Source of the DNA: Octopus vulgaris
Taxonomy: Eukaryota
Length of the DNA: 64,000 nt
Assembly: GCA_951406725.2 (NCBI GenBank)
Contig: OX597817.1
Coordinates: forward strand, 140,182,001-140,246,000
Reading direction: 5' to 3'
Shown: positions 55,563 to 64,000 of the stretch, piece by piece
Position numbering within the stretch: the first letter of the stretch is position 1
How the letters are laid out: each line of letters starts with the position of its first letter
Made by a program: the position numbers and the translations under genes
Notes under the pieces: generated by a model
Seen by the model: only the letters and a program-made list of their open reading frames with translations
Told to the model about the DNA's origin: nothing
The model's database searches: none

Positions 55563-56180
55563 CACAGTGTAAGTAAAAATGCACCGGAGTCTTTAGTCAT
55601 CTGTCAAGTCACAACAAGAACCTCAGACAGATACACCGAATAGATCAGACTGTTGACAAAGGAAAAAATCCTAACCTCGCGTTACAAGTAACCTTAGATG
55701 CCAAGAACACGCTTAACGGGCTACAACAAGTGACGTTAAATGCCAAAAATTCTCCTAAGTATCATAGTTATCCCTAATAACATTGCTTTCTGGAGCTCTA
55801 CTAAACTGGGTTTTATGCCTATTTCCTCCACCCATCTGTTCAGATCTTAAGGAAGAATTCCCAATGCACCTATAACTACTGGGATACATTCTGCTTGAAC
55901 TTTCCATAGTCTCTGTAATTCAATGGCTAGGTCCTGGTACTTTGCTATTTTCCCTAAACCACTCATATTGACTTTTTTCATCATTTGCGACTGTATAGTC
56001 TATTATCTGGTACTTTCTATTCTCTTTATCTACTACTACCAAATCAAGGCTTCTAGCTTCTATTACTCTGTCAGTCTGAATGTCGAAGTCCCATAATATC
56101 CTATATATTTTTACTTTCTAGTACTTTACTTGGTTCATGTTCATCCCATTTATCAGTATACTCAAATCATAGCTTTCTAC
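55563..56180 (-). mobile_element. R4/Dong-like 3' fragment related to 52935-53440
   Basis: ILWDFDIQTDRVIEARSLDLVVVD...EKIAKYQDLAIELQRLWKV on minus. Confidence 0.85.
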
Positions 56181-56815
56181 ACACACACATTTATATATAC
56201 ATATATATTATATAAAATCCGTTCTGTCTGTCTGTGTGTGTGTCTTCTAGGATCTCGGGCATCCTCCATCCGATTGCGCTCAAATTTGATATGTAGATAC
56301 CGGCGGTATCAGGGCGGTATAAGTCTTGAAAAGATTACAAAAATCGATTCCAGGTGAGAATGCGATCGATAAAACGGTGGGAACGTGCATTTCTACGCGC
56401 AAGTACATCAGTTGTTGCGATCGATACTACACGTACGCGAGAAAAATGAATGTGCAGTTTACTTGAAATAATATAAACTTATTATTGTCCCAAGTACGTT
56501 CTCATAAATTCATGTTTTTCCCTCTAGATTTACCTCCTGCTAACCCATTTGCATGCATCGTTTTTGTCCTGCTTTTCTTCCGTCAACCTGTACATAACTG
56601 CACCTTCCATTTTTTGCTGTTTTTGTACTGCTTAAAGGCACGTTTCTTTCCTGCCAAGCTTACTGTTTAAACCATGTTTGAGTTCTCCCAGTCAACAGCC
56701 TTATCATTACTGGTACTTTAAACTCTTCAGTTGCATATTTGTGTGAATAAAATCGTTTTTCTTTGGAATAGAAAAGAAGTCTATCTTTTGCTGGTGTCTC
56801 AGATTTAGGTTAAAT

Positions 56816-56875
56816 CAGTGTTTCTCAAAGGGGAGGCTTATAGGACGGTCGGACAAGTTGTTTTGAGAAAATTTG
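56816..56875. mobile_element. 60-bp hAT (Charlie-like) MITE
   Basis: CAGTGTTTCTCAAA ... TTTGAGAAAATTTG, with 8-bp flanks GGTTAAAT and GTTTAAAT. Confidence 0.55.
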
Positions 56876-57387
56876 GTTTAAATGTTTGACAACTCCATTG
56901 GACTTTTAAACAAATAATATTTATTTCTCTCCAGATGGAGTTCTTTTCTTGTTGAATTTTTTATCACGGATCAGGACATTATATATATATATATATAATA
57001 TAGGTAAATTTTAATACTATCATGTTCTTAACAATCAAATCAACCTCTCTGTCTGTATATCTACCCTCTTTATAATGTTGGCAAACGAAATAGAAATAAG
57101 TATATGTATTGTCCGTTTGATGGAAGATTTCTATAAATGGTTGAAGATTGCTCAACATTTTGAAACTGATGTAATACTTACAATGTTTAATAAAATGAAG
57201 TAGCATGAAACGATCGTACCAAATTACCGAAGATATACTTGTTACTTATTTTGATTATATATATATACCTTAGATAAGACTAAAACGGGTAAAAAATCCC
57301 TCTGGTCAGGAAGCACAAATCCGGACAAGGTTGTTTATGGAACACCAAGAGCCGTTCATGCGTCCCAGTCTCCTCCCCTCGCCACGC

Positions 57388-57444
<57 letters not shown>

Positions 57445-57873
57445 ACTGAGCCATGCATATATATATATATATATATATAAAATTTATTTAACCGTTGGCA
57501 AATCTTATATCACAATTGTTTCGCAACCTAAAATATGATCATTTATTTTATAATTATTCATAACAGTTTCGTTTTTGAATTTGGTTTGCACGATTCTTTA
57601 TGTGAGTTCGCGAGTTGAAGCATATTCTGTTGTGTCTTGGGAGAGTCATTCTGTTTTAGTACCTTACAATTTAACAATCCTTTCATTAAGTTGCAAGAGG
57701 CAACGAAAAGTTTAGAAAAATAAATAAGTAAACGAGAAGAAAGTTTACCGGTGCTTGTGTTAAATTATATGGCACTAAAAGAAAATAACTCTTTCTGGAC
57801 ACAGCAAAATATTTATATGTTAAATGATAATCCCTCAAATTTTATCATGTTTTTCTCGTTATTTATAACTTTA

Positions 57874-58256
57874 CTAGCAGTATCGCCCGGCGTTGCTCGG
57901 GTTTGTAAGGGAAATAACTATAGAGCATTTTTAGAGAGTTATAGCCAAAAAATAGCAAAAAAATGGAAAAAAAATTATGGTAAATTTTTTTGAGAGTTAA
58001 AAAGGTCGAGTTGCGTCCTCTAGACAGTCTGTGGTTTGTGTTTCTGATTCTCGACCCCATGTCGAATTTATCGATTTTTTTCAGAACTGGGGGAACTTTT
58101 CAAAATTTTCGCTGCGTTAGTTTTGAATTATGACATTGGGCTATGTGTGTGTCAAGTTTCATCAGAATCTGTTGAAAGCCGTGGTCAGGGTGAGGGTACA
58201 ACCTGACAGACACACAGACACACAGACAGACAAACTGCCGTTTATATAGAGAGAGA
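57874..58256 (-). mobile_element. Non-autonomous Helitron
   Basis: 3' hairpin plus CTAG identical to 23684; 5' end TCTCTCTCTATATAAAC. Confidence 0.88.
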
Positions 58257-58354
58257 TACACTCCTTATGGTTTCCTCTTGTACGGTACTATATATTATAT
58301 GGTTCGTGTTAGTTGAATCTATAGATTGTGAAATAATTTATGTGTGTGTGTGTG

Positions 58355-58414
<60 letters not shown>

Positions 58415-58686
58415 ATCGGTTGTTCATAAGTCAGAAAAAAAGCCATCTGTATATGAATGATAGTGCGATTATATATCTAATTAAATACATAAATACATAA
58501 TACATATATATATTTTGATGTTTATACATTTATACATTTATGTATGTAATGATGTCTTCATATATATATATATACACATCTATCTCTCTGTATGTATATA
58601 TATGTAAATGCATATTTCTCTCTCTCGCTCTCCCTCTCTCTCGCTCTCCCTCTCTCTCTCTCTCTCTCGCTCTCTCTCTTGCTATA

Positions 58687-58724
<38 letters not shown>

Positions 58725-58775
58725 CATATATATATATATGTGTGTGTATATATATACATGTGTATATACATATAT

Positions 58776-58825
<50 letters not shown>

Positions 58826-59122
58826 ACGGAGTGAATGTATGACACTTCACACCATTTCTGATGACAATAATTCACTAATTCACTCACTCAACCACTGATT
58901 GAGTTACTCTTCGATGTAACACGATAATTGTCAATTTGCGTTACTATTCGAATGTTCCTATTTAGCAATCTAGCTAAAGTGGTTGCGCTGAAGAAGTAAA
59001 AGAGAGATAATAATATCAGGCGTAGCCATCCCGTAAGGTACCAACAGTTTTCTTCTCCTCCACGATTTCAAATGAAAATTTAATAGAACAAAAATTCAAG
59101 AATATGAAGCAACAGCAAGCAC

Positions 59123-59198
<76 letters not shown>

Positions 59199-59200
<2 letters not shown>

Positions 59201-59390
59201 CAAAAAACACCAGGACTTACAAACACATATAACATACAGAAAATTGCACTACTAGGCACTGCACACATCCTACGCAGAACACTTTCCATACAATAACCAT
59301 CAGAGCATCACAACAAATCACAGCACATACCCAAGGCACACAGAGCTGCGCTCGGTAGTGAAGTGAAAGCACGCTATAAAAATAAAACTA

Positions 59391-59395
<5 letters not shown>
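59199..59395 (+). mobile_element. R4/Dong-like family D1, short 3' end in (AAT)n
   Basis: Near-identical to the 3' part of the other D1 copies. Confidence 0.92.
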
Positions 59396-59487
<92 letters not shown>

Positions 59488-59945
59488 TCATATGGGATAT
59501 GCCGATACACACAGATAGAGAAATTAAGGCCAACAGACCAGATATAGTTGTCAGAGATCACGAAGAAAAAAAATGCTTTCTAATTGATGTATCAATACCG
59601 GCTGATGACAACGTGTCTCTAAAAGAAATGGAGAAACTTTCAAAATACAAAGACCTGGAAATAGAGGTAACTAGAATGTGGAATCTGAAAACAGAAACAA
59701 TTCCTATCATAGTAGGTGCATTAGGCATGATAAAAAATATTCAGACAAATACATAACAAAAACACCAGGACTTACAAACACATATAACATACAGAAAATT
59801 GCACAACTAAGCACTGCACACATCCTACGCAGAACACTTTCCATACAATAACCATCAGAGCATCACAACAAATCACAGCACATACCCAAGGCACACAGAG
59901 CTGCGCTCGGTAGTGAAATGAAAGCACGCTATAAAAATAAAACTA

Positions 59946-59950
<5 letters not shown>
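59488..59950 (+). mobile_element. R4/Dong-like family D1 3' end in (AAT)n
   Basis: WDMPIHTDREIKANRPDIVVRD...KLSKYKDL. Confidence 0.93.
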
Positions 59951-60016
<66 letters not shown>

Positions 60017-60026
60017 TAATAAAAAT

Positions 60027-60062
<36 letters not shown>

Positions 60063-60260
60063 TTGAATGATTAAATTAGAAGGAGAAAAAAAATCGCAGG
60101 AATTCTCCTTTGAGCGATATAGACCGATAGACTGATCGGTCTCGTTTTCCAGTTAAAAACCCGCCAAAAGCTAGTTTCCTAAATAGGGCAGGATTTAATT
60201 AGTGAAGATGGAGTGAAAATTGAGGTGTTTCCGAGAGGAAGACATACACACATACATACA

Positions 60261-61480
<1,220 letters not shown>

Positions 61481-61624
61481 CTATGCAAGACTTTTCTCAA
61501 GTTCCAAATGTGTATTTGTCTGCGTTAATTACATCTCAAAGATGGAGCCTTGTATCTTTGTTGGAATCCGGCTCCCTTCTCAGTGGAAGATTTATAATAA
61601 TTAAAAAAATAGAAGAGACATACA

Positions 61625-61895
61625 TATGAAAGGTAAATGGTAAAGACTCCCTTCGCTCATGATTGACCATGGAATTGCACCTAGAAAGGTTCCCTTCCAA
61701 GGTACAGGTCCGGGCAAAGTTGTTTGTGGAAGACCAGCTGTTGCCCATGCATACCAGCCTCTCTTCACAGCAACAGATATTAACCAAGGGAAAGGCAAAG
61801 GCCGAGAGAGCTTTGCACCAGTGACGTCACAGCTCATTTCTACAGGTGAGTGAACTGGAGCAAAGTGAAATAAAATAAGTTGCTCAAGAGCATAT
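61625..61895 (-). mobile_element. SINE family D, body and tail (fragment also at 57280-57390)
   Basis: Minus strand CTTGAGCAA..TTTATTTCAC.TTGCTCCAGTTCACTCA central domain; two copies in the window. Confidence 0.65.
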
Positions 61896-61919
61896 TTGTA
61901 ACAACTGAATCATGAGCCG

Positions 61920-61965
<46 letters not shown>

Positions 61966-62028
61966 AAATGAAGTAGCATGAAACGATTGTACTACTCTAC
62001 CTTGGATATCCTTGTTGCATATTTTAAT

Positions 62029-62080
<52 letters not shown>

Positions 62081-62125
62081 CATACATACATATATACACA
62101 CACACACACACACATATATATATAC

Positions 62126-62195
<70 letters not shown>

Positions 62196-62666
62196 ATGGA
62201 TGTGCGTATTTTCCCTTGTTAACAATTAACACGGAAAAATAGATAAATAGTTACCAGGGTAGCAAAAAGTCACTCGAGTAAAATGGGTGAATCTCCTTGT
62301 TTTTAAAGGTAGAAACTCCGAGTATACGTGAATTATTTTGTATAATATATATATATATATATATAAATGGAGTTAAACGCAGGTGTTATTCAAATTCTTC
62401 TACTTCCGACACGTTTCGAAGATATCGCTGGTATTATTCCAAAGGAATTCAAGGCGCGTGACCAAGTTCGGAGTTTCGATTCTCAGATCGGACGGTGACT
62501 GGTGTTCTTCAGCAAACCCTTCATCTCATATTACTCCTCTCAGGAATCTCGCAATAGATTTATGTCCTGTTCAGGGGGTGAGGGTGGGGGAATGGTGCGA
62601 CCTTGGTAACATTAAATGCTATGGAAACTGGACAACCGGTCTTAAGAGTCCCAGGACAGTAACACG

Positions 62667-62726
62667 ATGATGATGATTACAACGACGATGATGATGATGA
62701 CGATGATGATGATGATGACGATGATA

Positions 62727-62781
<55 letters not shown>

Positions 62782-62825
62782 CGACGACGACGACGACGAT
62801 GACGACGATGACGATGATGATGATG
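62667..62825. repeat. (GAT)n/(GAC)n microsatellite
   Basis: Seen directly. Confidence 0.97.
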
Positions 62826-62971
62826 AGGAGGAGGATTTTCTGCATAATATAGAACTTTTGCAACTCAGGCGTTCTTGACAATTTAATACACATGCTCATA
62901 TGTGCGTAAAAGCGGGTATGGTTGACTGGAATCAGAAATTAGCACCGAATTATGAGTGTAATTAAGTTGAT

Positions 62972-63676
62972 ATTGGTTTCAAATTTTGGCACATGAACAG
63001 CGAGTTTGGGTGGGGTGAGGTTAAGTCGATTATATGAAACCTAGTGTTCAGCTGGTACTTATTTTATTGACCACGAAAGGATGAAAGACAAAGTCGATCT
63101 CTGCAGAATTTGAACTCAGAATGTAAAGGTGACGAAATATCTATTTCTTTACTACCCACAAGGGGCTAAACATAGAGAGGACAAACAAGGACAGACACAT
63201 GGATTAAGTCGATTATATCGAACCCAGTGCGTAACTGGTACTTATTTAATCGACCCCTAAAAGATGAAAGGCAAAGTCGACCTCGGCGGAATTTGAACTC
63301 AGAACGTAACGGCAGATGAAATACCGCTAAGCATTTCGCCCGGTGTGCTAACGTTTCTGCCAGCTCGCCGCCTTCTTTAAAGGAAGGAAGGCAAAGTCGA
63401 CCTCGGCGGAATTTGAACTCAGAACGTAACGGCAGACGAAATGCCTATTTCTTTACTACCCATAAGGGGCTAAACACAGAGAGGACAAACAAGGACAGAC
63501 AAACGGATTAAGTTGATTATATCGACCCCAGTGCGTAACTGCTATTTAATTTATCGACCCCGAAAGGATGAAAGGCAAAGTCGACCTCGGCGGAATTTGA
63601 ACTCAGAACATAACGGCAGACGAAATACGGCTACGCATTTCGCCCAGCGTGCTAACATTTCAGCCAGCTCACCACC
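62972..63676 (-). mobile_element. Cluster of tandem or nested SINE family B copies
   Basis: Four repeats of AAAGTCGA..TC.GC.GAATTTGAACTCAGAA, the reverse complement of part of 43380-43615. Confidence 0.88.
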
Positions 63677-64000
63677 TTTAATTAAGTTAATATTGATAAG
63701 AAGGCCGTACGGTAGCAGCGCTTTTCAGTAGAATCTTTATATAGTATTCACTTCCGATAAATCTTGTAAATTATTGATCAAAATGATCATTCAGTCACTA
63801 ATATTTATTAGTGTTAGTGTTATTGATCCATTCCAATGGTTCCATTCAGTCGATGAATTTCAGAAAAAATTCGGACATTAGTCGTTGTTTCAAGTGGGTA
63901 ATTTTGCCCCAAGAACAGTGTTGGCATCCCTCATACACACACTCACGCATTTACATCTATATGTATATTTGCATGTGTGTATGCCAGTATATAAATGTAT

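Overview
AT-rich, microsatellite-saturated eukaryotic DNA, intergenic or intronic. The SINE/LINE repertoire suggests an octopus-like cephalopod genome (inference). I can support no intact host gene; almost all listed ORFs are translated microsatellites. The window is a mosaic of decayed retroelements and transposons: R4/Dong-like LINE 3' ends in (AAT)n, a HERO-like LINE 3' end, Tx1/L1 and RTE fragments, Penelope-like RT/GIY-YIG elements and their non-coding derivatives in (TA)n, Helitrons, a mariner remnant, several tRNA-derived SINE families and two minisatellites. The main hidden signal is RNA. By eye there are more than 15 hammerhead ribozyme (HHR) motifs, many with non-canonical cores (G3:C8, U3:A8, CUGUAGA). 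One HHR sits in a 557-nt retrozyme-like unit arranged as a 1.45-kb fold-back. In the HERO 3' UTR is a hammerhead-like motif whose three strands occur in an order matching none of types I, II or III. All ribozyme calls are manual base-pairing predictions and are untested.
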